Assembly: GCA_002269645.1 (NCBI GenBank) | Contig: NIVC01001745.1 | Coordinates: 68,826 to 132,825 of the forward strand | Reading direction: 5' to 3' | DNA length: 64,000 bases | Source: Macrostomum lignano | Lineage: Eukaryota | Shown here: piece by piece, positions 40,501 through 51,200 of the stretch | Layout of the letters: each line of letters begins with the position of its first letter | How positions within the stretch are numbered: the first letter of the stretch is position 1 | Made by a program: the position numbers and the translations under genes | Notes under the pieces: model-generated | What the model was told of the DNA's origin: nothing | The model's database searches: none | What the model saw: only the letters and a program-made list of their open reading frames with translations

Positions 40501-43500
40501 CTGGGAGATTGTTGGGATAACCTGGGGATCTGGGAGATTGTTGGGATAACCTGAGAATCTGGGAGGTTGTTGGGATAACCTGAGGATCTGGGAGATTGTT
40601 GGGATAACCTGAGAATCTGGGAGGTTGTTGGGATAACCTGAGGATCTAGGAGATTGTTGGGATAACCTGAGGATCTGGGAGATTGTTGGGATAACCTGAG
40701 GATCTGGGAGATTGTTGGGATAACCTAAAGATCTGGGAGATTGTTGGGATAACCTAAAGATCTGGGAGATTGTTGGGATAACCTGAGAATCTGGGAGGTT
40801 GTTGGGATAACCTGGGGATCTGGGAGATTGTTGGGATAACCTGGGGATCTGGGAGATTGTTGGGATAACCTGAGGATCTGGGAGATTGTTGGGATAACCT
40901 AAGGATCTAGGAGATTGTTGGGATAACCTGAGGATCTGGGAGATTGTTGGGATAACCTAAGGATCTGGGAGATTGTTGGGATAACCTGAGGATCTGGGAG
41001 ATTGTTGGGATAACCTAAGGATCTGGGAGATTGTTGGGATAACCTGAGGATCTGGGAGATTGTTGAGATAACCTAAGGATCTGGGAGATTGTTGGGATAA
41101 CCTGAGGATCTGGGAGGTTGTTGGGATAACCTGAGAATCTGGGAGGTTGTTGGGATAACCTGAGGATCTAGGAGATTGTTGGGATAACCTGAGGATCTGG
41201 GAGATTGTTGGGATAACCTGAGAATCTGGGAGGTTGTTGGGATAACCTGAGGATCTAGGAGATTGTTGGGATAACCTGAGGATCTGGGAGATTGTTGGGA
41301 TAACCTGAGGATCTGGGAGATTGTTGGGATAACCTAAAGATCTGGGAGATTGTTGGGATAACCTAAAGATCTGGGAGATTGTTGGGATAACCTGAGAATC
41401 TGGGAGGTTGTTGGGATAACCTGAGGATCTAGGAGATTGTTGGGATAACCTGAGGATCTGGGAGATTGTTGGGATAACCTGAGAATCTGGGAGGTTGTTG
41501 GGATAACCTGAGGATCTAGGAGATTGTTGGGATAACCTGAGGATCTGGGAGATTGTTGGGATAACCTGAGGATCTGGGAGATTGTTGGGATAACCTAAAG
41601 ATCTGGGAGATTGTTGGGATAACCTGGGGATCTGGGAGATTGTTGGGATAACCTAAGGATCTGGGAGATTGTTGGGATAACCTGAGAATCTGGGAGGTTG
41701 TTGGGATAACCTGGGGATCTGGGAGATTGTTGGGATAGCCTGGGGATCTGGGAGATTGTTGGGATAACCTGAGAATCTGGGAGGTTGTTGGGATAACCTG
41801 AGGATCTAGGAGATTGTTGGGATAACCTGAGGATCTGGGAGATTGTTGGGATAACCTGAGGATCTGGGAGATTGTTGGGATAACCTAAGGATCTGGGAGA
41901 TTGTTGGGATAACCTGAGGATCTGGGAGATTGTTGGGATAACCTAAAGATCTGGGAGATTGTTGGGATAACCTAAGGATCTGGGAGATTGTTGGGATAAC
42001 CTGAGAATCTGGGAGGTTGTTGGGATAACCTGGGGATCTGGGAGATTGTTGGGATAACCTGGGGATCTGGGAGATTGTTGGGATAACCTGAGAATCTGGG
42101 AGGTTGTTGGGATAACCTGAGGATCTAGGAGATTGTTGGGATAACCTGAGGATCTGGGAGATTGTTGGGATAACCTAAGGATCTGGGAGATTGTTGGGAT
42201 AACCTGAGGATCTGGGAGATTGTTGGGATAACCTAAGGATCTGGGAGATTGTTGGGATAACCTGAGGATCTGGGAGATTGTTGAGATAACCTAAGGATCT
42301 GGGAGATTGTTGGGATAACCTGAGGATCTGGGAGATTGTTGGGATAACCTGAGAATCTGGGAGGTTGTTGGGATAACCTGAGGATCTAGGAGATTGTTGG
42401 GATAACCTGAGGATCTGGGAGATTGTTGGGATAACCTAAGGATCTGGGAGATTGTTGGGATAACCTGAGGATCTGGGAGATTGTTGGGATAACCTAAGGA
42501 TCTGGGAGATTGTTGGGATAACCTGAGGATCTGGGAGATTGTTGAGATAACCTAAGGATCTGGGAGATTGTTGGGATAACCTGAGGATCTGGGAGATTGT
42601 TGGGATAACCTGAGGATCTGGGAGATTGTTGGGATAACCTAAGGATCTGGGAGATTGTTGGGATAACCTAAGGATCTGGGAGATTGTTGGGATAACCTGT
42701 GGCCACCTAGAGCAGGTCTCAGTGCCGCTCACCGTCTTGACGGAAGCAGCCACGCCGAGATCATTCTTGGCCAAGCACTGGTAGATGCCATCATCGTCTT
42801 CGCCGGGCGAAATGAACACCAGAGTGCCGGCGCCAGGGTACTTCTTGTAGCGACCGGAATTCTTTGTCCAATCAAACTCCTGCTCGTTTCGCTTCCAGAT
42901 GAAGGTTGGAGCCGGGTCGCCCGAGGCTTCGCACTCAAGCTTGATGGACTCGCCAATGTTGAACGCCACCTCCTTTGGCGGCATTTTTGTTAGCGTAGGC
43001 GGGAAAGAAACTGCAAGGCGAAGATGCGATGGGTCAGGCTGTGTCTAGTGTGGGTCAGGCTGTGTCTAGTGTGGGTCAGGCTGTTTAGTGTGGGTCAGGC
43101 TGTCTAGCGTGGGTCAGGCTGTGTCTAGTGTGGGTCAGAATGTCTAGTGTGGGTCAGGCTATGTCTAGTATGGGTAAGGATGTGTCTAGTGTTCGTCAGG
43201 ATGGGTCTAGTGTGGGTCAGGCTGTGTCTGGTGTGGGTCAGGCTGTTTAGTGTGGGTCAGGCTGTGTCTAGTGTGGGTCAGGCTGTGTCTAGTGTGGTTC
43301 AGGCTGTTTAGTGTGGGTCAGGCTGTCTAGTGTGGGTCAGACTGTGTCTAGTGCGGATCAGGCTGTGTCTATTGTGGGTCAGGCTGTGTCTAGCGTGGGT
43401 CAGGCTGTGTCTAGCGTGGGTCAGGCTGTGTCTAGTGTGGGTCAGGCTGTGTCTAGCGTGGGTCAGGCTGTGTCTAGTGTGGGTCAGGCTGTTTAGTGTG

Positions 43501-44589
43501 GGTCAGGCTGTTTAGTATGGGTAAGGATGTGTCTAGTGTTGGTCAGGCTGTGTCTAGCGTGGGTCAGGATGTGTCTGGTGTGGGTCAGGCTGTTTAGTGT
43601 GGGTCAGGCTGTCTAGTATGGGTAAGGATGTGTCTAGTGTTGGTCAGGCTGTGTCTAGCGTGGGTCAGGATGTGTCTGGTGTGGGTCAGGCTGTTTAGTG
43701 TGGGTCAGACTGTCTAGTATGAGTGAGGATGTGTCTAGTGTGGGTCAGGATGGGTCTAGCGTGGGTCAGGCTGTGTCTAGTGTGGGTCAGAATGTGTCTA
43801 GTGTGGTCAGGCTGTGTTTAGTGTGGGTCAGGCTGTCTAGTGTGGGTCAGGCTGTGTCTAGTGTGGGTCAGACTGTCTAGCGTGGGTCAGGCTGTGTCTA
43901 GTGTGGGTCAGGCTGTGTCTAGCGTGGGTCAGGCTGTGTCTGGTGTGGGTCAGGCTGTTTAGTGTGGGTCAGGCTGTGTCTAGCGTGGGTCAGGCTGTGT
44001 CTAGTGTGGGTCAGACTGTCTAGCGTGGGTCAGGCTGTGTCTAGTGTGGGTCAGGATGTGTCTGGTGTGGGTCAGGCTGTTTAGTGTGGGTCAGGCTGTC
44101 TAGCGTGGGTCAGGCTGTGTCTAGTGTGGGTCAGGCTGTGTCTAGCGTGGGTCAGGCTGTGTCTAGCGTGGGTCAGGCTGTGTCTAGTGTGGGTCAGGCT
44201 GTGTCTAGCGTGGGTCAGGCTGTGTCTAGTGTGGGTCAGGCTGTTTAGTGTGGGTCAGGCTGTCTAGTATGGGTAAGGATGTGTCTAGTGTTGGTCAGGC
44301 TGTGTCTAGCGTGGGTCAGGATGTGTCTGGTGTGGGTCAGGCTGTTTAGTGTGGGTCAGACTGTCTAGTATGAGTGAGGATGTGTCTAGTGTGGGTCAGG
44401 ATGGGTCTAGCGTGGGTCAGAATGTGTCTAGTGTGGTCAGGCTGTGTGTGTGGTGTCCAGGATTAGAATCAGGTCAAGTTTTTTCTCCAGATCTACATCA
44501 CTGTGCAATAGATTAGAACATTGGCACTCACCCGTGTTGGCATACTGCAGCAGAGCAGCCAACTGCAGTGTCACGAGCACTAGCCGCAT
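30707..44589 (-). CDS. Nrg: L1-family cell adhesion molecule (neuroglian/NrCAM-like): signal peptide, 6 Ig, 5 FnIII, TM, cytoplasmic tail
   Basis: 12 exons: 44589-44532 (signal peptide MRLVLVTLQLAALLQYANT), 43010-42733, 39731-39182, 38341-37763, 37409-36800, 36359-35549, 35272-35030, 34564-34393, 34306-34025 (TM), 33502-33332, 33046-32808 and 30954-30707. All junctions are GT-AG with matching phases, except a frame inconsistency inside exon 11. RTKR furin-like site in FnIII-3; C-terminus ...GFLRAY...STDV. Confidence 0.9.
31050..32735. repeat. 21-bp AT-rich satellite AAAGGATAAAAATCTCAAGCT with a 126-bp higher-order block (neuroglian intron 11)
   Basis: About 80 monomers. The marker GGATTCCAATCTCAACCC recurs at 31077, 31203, 31329, 31454 and 32056. 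Confidence 0.95.
33085..33322. repeat. 24-bp minisatellite GTAGAATGTCGCTGAGATGTGTGG (neuroglian intron 10)
   Basis: About 10 copies. Confidence 0.97.
33605..34005. repeat. About 24-bp minisatellite AATCCCGAATCCCATCATTAGAGA (neuroglian intron 9)
   Basis: About 16 imperfect copies. Confidence 0.93.
34610..34975. repeat. 31-bp minisatellite GGACCGGAAGTAATAAAAACCCGTCTAAACA (neuroglian intron 7)
   Basis: About 11 copies with degenerate edges. Confidence 0.92.
35300..35537. repeat. 23-bp minisatellite CTTCAGTGCCCTATGACCCGATT (neuroglian intron 6)
   Basis: About 10 copies. Confidence 0.95.
36385..36750. repeat. 16-bp G-rich minisatellite GGTGTCAGGTGGGGAG (neuroglian intron 5)
   Basis: About 22 copies. 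Confidence 0.95.
37445..37745. repeat. (ACAG)n-type microsatellite (neuroglian intron 4)
   Basis: Directly visible, with GCAG/AAAG variants. Confidence 0.97.
38432..39140. repeat. About 28-bp minisatellite GGAGGCTGGCCCAGCAACTGAGGATCTG (neuroglian intron 3)
   Basis: About 25 copies. Confidence 0.96.
39855..42698. repeat. 29-bp minisatellite GGGAGATTGTTGGGATAACCTGAGGATCT (neuroglian intron 2)
   Basis: About 98 copies over 2.8 kb. Confidence 0.98.
43028..44445. repeat. About 21-bp minisatellite GTGTGGGTCAGGCTGTGTCTA (neuroglian intron 1)
   Basis: About 68 copies, with 19-bp variants. Confidence 0.97.
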
Positions 44590-44670
44590 GCCGAGGCTCA
44601 GGGGCAGCTTGAAATCCCAATACGAAAATTGAAAGCTATAATATACATTGGATAATGCAATTGACCGGCT

Positions 44671-44698
44671 GACTATCTATCTATCTATCTATCTATCC

Positions 44699-44735
<37 letters not shown>

Positions 44736-44763
44736 CCTTATCTATCTACCTATCTATCTATCT
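44671..44763. repeat. (TATC)n microsatellite
   Basis: Directly visible just upstream of the neuroglian start codon. Confidence 0.95.
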
Positions 44764-45283
44764 TTGTCATTGACAAAATCATTGAAAAGTTGAAAAATAG
44801 GCAGCCAGAAGACAATTTTAAAAGTTGCTTGAAACTTTATTAACTTCATAGTTAAAAGTGAAAACATAATTACTGGCAGTTACTGTATAAAACACGGACC
44901 AAATGTGATAGTTACTGAAAAAAGCATTATATATTTGCTGCAGACTAAAAATGCTACTAAAAGTAGACCGTTTAAAAATGCTAATTTAATTTCATTGCAA
45001 GCTATGACAGATTGAATAAAACGAATTGTAATAATTACTTGGAAGATAATAAAAATACATAGAGTTAAACAAATGCCACAGTCAGATATGAGCAGAATTG
45101 ACTTCGGCGGCAGAGCATCTTCGCGACTGGCCTCGCGAACTTCATTTTGCTAAAATAAATAAACAATGCAAATTTTTAATTACAGTATACAATAGTACGC
45201 ATTTTCGGATTTTCATGCTTTTGACATCCTTCTTAAATCCGGAAATAATTAAGAAAATAATAAGAAAAAAATGAAGTCCTTAC

Positions 45284-48200
45284 GAGTTGTATTAGTCGAG
45301 TCTTTGAGCAGTTTCACGAGCTTTGGCTCCACTGCGTCCGGGTTCGCATCCGAGATTTTAACGCATTTTTTATCATTCAAGTTGTCTGAGCTGTCACGTA
45401 ACGTAGTCACTTCGGCAGCGGCCAGCCCGGCTTCTTGGGTGAGCACAGCCAGACTGTGCTTCAGATTGAAGTGCTCCAGCAGCTCAACAATCAGAGTGAA
45501 GGCCTGACGGCCTGTGTGTGAATTGAGTTTAGTCGAATGAGGCCATTTTATCACTTAACTAAAACATTTTTTAAGAAATTAAAGTAAACGACAACTAGAT
45601 TCTAGTCATCCCTAGAGTGGAAGCTATGGGATCCCATCCTTAGAGTGGAAGCAATGGGATCCCATCCTTAGAGTGGAAGCTATGAGATCCCATCCTTAGA
45701 GTGGAAGCAATGGGATCCCACCCTTAGAGTGGAAGCTTTGAGATCCCATCCTTAGAGTGGAAGCAATGGGATCCCATCCTTAGAGTGGAAGCTATGAGAT
45801 CCCATCCTTAGAGTGGAAGCTTTGAGATCCCATCCTTAGAGTGGAAGCAATGGGATCCCATCCTAAGAGTAAAGCAATGGTCCCATCCTTAGAGTGGAAG
45901 CTATGAGATCCCATCCTTAAAGTGAAAGCAATGAGATCCCATCCTTAAAGTGAAAGCAATGAGATCCCATCCTTAGTATGGAAGCAATGGGATCCCATCC
46001 TAAGAGTAAAGCAATGGTCCCATCCTTAGAGTGGAAGCAATGGGATCCCATCCTAAGAGTAAAGCAATGGTCCCATCCTTAGAGTGGAAGCAATGGGATC
46101 CCATCCTAGAGTGGAAGCTATGAGATCCCATCCTTAAAGTGAAAGCAATGAGATCCCATCCTTAGTATGGAAGCAATGGGATCCCATCCTAAGAGTAAAG
46201 CAATGGGGTCCCATCCTTGTAGTTGGAGCAATGAGACCCCATCACTAGAGTGAAATGAAAAATACAAGAACTAACTACCATGAGCATATTGTAATCTAAA
46301 AGACACAATTTGAAATTCCAGACATTAAAAGTACAAATATATGCATACTCTTACCATTTGATGACTCAAGAAATGAGGTTAATTTGTTGTTCTTTGTCTT
46401 CAGATAGCTAGTAAGCTTTTCTTCATCATCAAGAGCCAGAAATATGCTTGCCCTTAGTTGAGCCTAGAGTTGTATAAGGAGTTGGTATTTAATGTTATAA
46501 TTAAAAAAAATAAATAATAAGATATTATAAACAAAAATTTAAACTTTAAAAAAATAAGATATAGTAATATACTTAAGTTTTTTAATTCATCATCTTTTGC
46601 TATAGCCTATAGGAAAAATTGTAAGAAAAAATTAAAATTTGCTAGGCTCTTCATAGATGCCATATTTTTTGGAGTTCTATTAAACTTAATTAAAAAGGTC
46701 CTTTGCTATAGAATCCTCCAAAATGACCTAAGAATAAGTTGTAATTTTTTCCTATAGTCTTTAATAGCCTATATACTATCTTCAATTCAATATGGCTAGT
46801 ATAAAAATTAGTTTATGTCAATTTTAGATATATGCTTCTACCAATGAATATGCCACACATTTATACTCGTATAATGCTAAGAATTTTTTTAAAGTAATGC
46901 CTTATCAATTTTTTAAAAGCATAAATTATTATCCTTATGTTAAGCTTTTCTTAAATGTATGATTGGCTCTTCGATAACTAGATAAATACTAGCAATCTAC
47001 GCCCCCCGTTGGGGAGCCAAAGAAATGCAATACATGTTTTTTTAATAAGCTACATGTAGCCTTGAAATCTTAAAAAATCTCCTGTCAAACTTCTAACCCT
47101 AACCCTAACCCTAACCCTAACCCTAACCTAACCCTAAAGCATTGAATTTTCAGTAATTCTGAGTCATTATAGCACTACTACAGCATTATAGCGATTCCCT
47201 GCAAGCCTCGACATCGTAGGGATTCCCAAATGAATCTCTTAACTTTGACATGAAGCTTCTTTTATTTTTACATTACGCTTTTTCTATCAGCGAGCCCTGA
47301 GGAGTCAACAAATAATGGAATAAAAAGTTTTCAATAAACTACATGTAGCTTCTGACTTAAGCCTTGAAATCTTATTTATACCCCGTGAGCCTTGACATCT
47401 CAGCTATTCCCCCCGTAAGCCTTGACATGTCAGCGATGGCCCCCATAAACCTTGAAATCTAAAAAATCCCCTGTTATTCTGTTAACCTTGAAACCCGATA
47501 AAATATAACCCTCAACCCACACTTGACCTAAACCTAACTTTAACCCAACCTAAAGCCTTGAAATCTCAGCAATTCTTCTCCCCTAAGCCTTGGAATTTTA
47601 GTGTTTCCTTCTTTAAGAATCACAGCACTATAACGATTTCCACCAAGCTTTGACATCGTAGCAATTCCCAAATGAATCTTTTAACTTCGACATGACTTTT
47701 CTTTTATGTATACTTAGTGCTACTTTTATTTTTTACATGACTCCTCTTTTATCAGCGCCCCCCCCCCCGTGGCGAGCCAACAAAGAATGTAATAAAAAAA
47801 TTGAGTAAAGTACATGAACTTTGAAGTAGCTTCTGACTTTTGCTTTGACATCTCAGAACCCCCCCCTGTAATCTCAGTTATTCTCTGTGAGCCTTGACGT
47901 CTCAGTAATTCTCCCCAGAACAGTGCTGTACTATAGCTTCATTTAATTTTTATATGACACCTTTCATGTCTGACATGACGCTTCTTTTGATTTTTACATG
48001 ACGCTTCTTATATTCTTCTATTTTGCTTCTTAATTTTTTTAATGACACTTTCATTAGTTTTTATATGAGGCTTCTATGATTTTTTCATGACGCTTCTATG
48101 ATTTTTACATGACGCTTCTATGATTGTTTATGTGACGCTTCTATGATTTTTCATGACGCTTCTATGATTTATACATGACGCTTCTATTATGGTTTGCATG

Positions 48201-51200
48201 ACGCTTGTTGGATTTTTACATGACGCTTCTATGATTGTTTGCATGAGGCTTTTATGATTGTTTACATGACGCTTCTATGATTTTTTACATGACGCTTCTA
48301 TGATTGTTTACATGACGCTTCTATGATTTTTATATGACGCTTCTATGATTTTTACATGACGCTTTTATGATTGTTTATATGACGCTTCTATGATTTTTAC
48401 ATGACGCTTCTATGATTGTTTGCATGACGCTTCTATGATTTTTACATGATGCTTCTATTATGGCTTGCATGATGCTTGTATGATTTTTACATGACACTTC
48501 TATGATTGTTTGCATGACGCTTCTACGATTGTTTATATGACGCTTCGATGATTGTTTATATAACGGTTCTATGATTTTTACATGACGCTTCTATGATTGT
48601 TTGCATGAGGCTTGTATGATTGTTTACATGACGCTTCTATGATTTTTACATGACGCTTCTATGATTGTTTACATGACGCTTCTATGATTGTTTACATGAC
48701 GCTTCTATGATTTTTACATGACGCTTCTATTTTTTTTCATGACGCTTCTATGATTGTTTACATGACGCTTCTATGATTTTTTACATTACACTTCTATGAT
48801 TTTTACATGACGCTTCTCCGATTTTTACATGACGCTTCTATAATTTTTTACATGACGCTTCTATTATGGCTTGCATGACGCTTGTATGATTTTTACATTA
48901 CGCTTCTATGATTGTTTGCATGACGCTTCTACGATTGTTTATATGACGCTTCGATGATTGTTTATATAACGGTTCTATGATTGTTTACATGACGCTTCTA
49001 TGATTGTTTGCATGAGGCTTTTATGATTGTTTACGCGACGCTTCTATGATTGTTTACATGACGCTTCTATGATTTTTTACATTACACTTCTATGATTTTT
49101 ACATGACGCTTCTCCGATTTTTACATGACGCTTCTACAATTTTTTACATGACGCTTCTATGCTTTTTTAAATGACGCTTCTATGATTTTTTTACATGACG
49201 CTTCTATGATTTTTATATGACGCTTCTACGATTGTTTACATGACGCTTCTATGATTGTTTGCATGACGCTTCGATAATTGTTTATATAACGGTTCTATGA
49301 TTTTTGCATGACGCTTCTATGATTGTTTGCATGAGGCTTTTATGATTGTTTACATGACGCTTCTATGATTTTTACATGACGCTTCTATGATTGTTTACAT
49401 GACGCTTCTATGATTTTTATATGACGCTTCTATGATTTTTACATGACGCTTCTATGATTGTTTGCATGACGCTTCTATGATTTTTACATGACGCTTCTAT
49501 TATGGCTTGCATGACGCTTGTATGATTTTTACATGACGCTTCTATGATTTTTACATGACGCTTCTATTTTTTTTCATGACGCTTCTATGATTGTTTACAT
49601 GACGCTTCTATGATTTTTTACATTACACTTCTATAATTTTTACATGACGCTTCTCCGATTTTTACATGACGCTTCTATAATTTTTTACATGACGCTTCTA
49701 TGCTTTTTTAAATGACGCTTCTATGATTTTTTTACATGACGCTTCTATGATTTTTATATGACGCTTCTATGATTGTTTACATGACGCTTCTATGATTTTT
49801 TACATGACGCTTTTATGATTTTTTACATGACGCTTCTATGATTGTTTACATGACGCTTCTATGATTGTTTACATGACGCTTTTATGATTTTTACATGGCG
49901 CTTCTATGGTTTTTATATGACGCTTCTATGATTTTTTCATGACGTTTCTATGATTTTTACATGACGCTTCTATGATTTTTTACATGACGCTTCTATGATT
50001 TTTACATGACGCTTCTATGATTTTTTCATGACGTTTCTATGATTTTTAGATGATGCTTCTATGATTTTTTATATGACGCTTCTCTGATTTTTACATGACG
50101 CTTCTCTGATTTTTACATGACGCTTCTATGATTTTTACATGACGCTTCTATGATTTTACATGACGCAATTCTTTTTAAAAAGTCTTTAATTAAAAAAATA
50201 TACTCTATGAAAATTCGAACCATCGTCGCTGCATTTAGCAGTTCAGTTTGTTCACCTCTAGGCTAGCTCTTATCGTTTTGATAACATCAAATTTTGCACT
50301 TATATAATTCAACACTTTAAAATCCAAGCATTGAGTAAATCACACAAAGCAGTTATGACATAATCAGTTTCTCAGTCAGTCAGTATCAGATAACAATATG
50401 GTTACGCAATTTAAATCAAGTCTGGTGCTATGCTTCCACACTGCATTTTCAATTCAAGTCGGAGTTACAATTCAGTTATGATGCAATCTATTTCAGAATC
50501 AGAATTCAACCAGTCAGTTTTTTCTCTAGCATTCTTACAATGCATTTCAAGTCGAAAACTTTGCTTGACCTTTGCAAAAAAGCATGTTTTTCGAATATTT
50601 AATGCCTTTAGCATTGAGCAATTTCTTAGCCACAATGCATGTACCGTCACGGGAAAATTTCTGATCGAACAGTGCAAGTCTCATGAAAATCGGTCCAGCC
50701 ATTTTTTCTCTAATCGATTGCGTACAAACAAACAAACAAGCAAGATTTTCATTTTTAGTATATTGGATATAGATAATGATATACTTTTGCTATGGGCATA
50801 GAATTTCCACTAAAATTTATAACACAAAAAGTATATACCTTACTAATTTCTTTTCAAATGCCTAGGCCCTATCTAAAAAAACTTTTTGGGCCTATAATAA
50901 AGACTGGTCATAGAATATATAGTATATGTGTTTGATGTTTTTAAACTAAACAGTTTAAACTAAATCATTTTTTCTTTTCTGTATTTATTCATTACTTTAT
51001 TCATATATATATTACTATCATTACTATCATTAAAACCATTATATTCAGTGGCAACGCAGGGGCTAGCAAGGGGGTTATAAACCCCAGGTGACTATCAGTC
51101 ACCCCTTTATAGGGAGTGACCACCTCTTTAGCAAAAAATTCTTAAAGTATGTGCAAGACCATGAGAAAAATTTCTTTATTGTAGGGGTAGGGGCAAGGGG

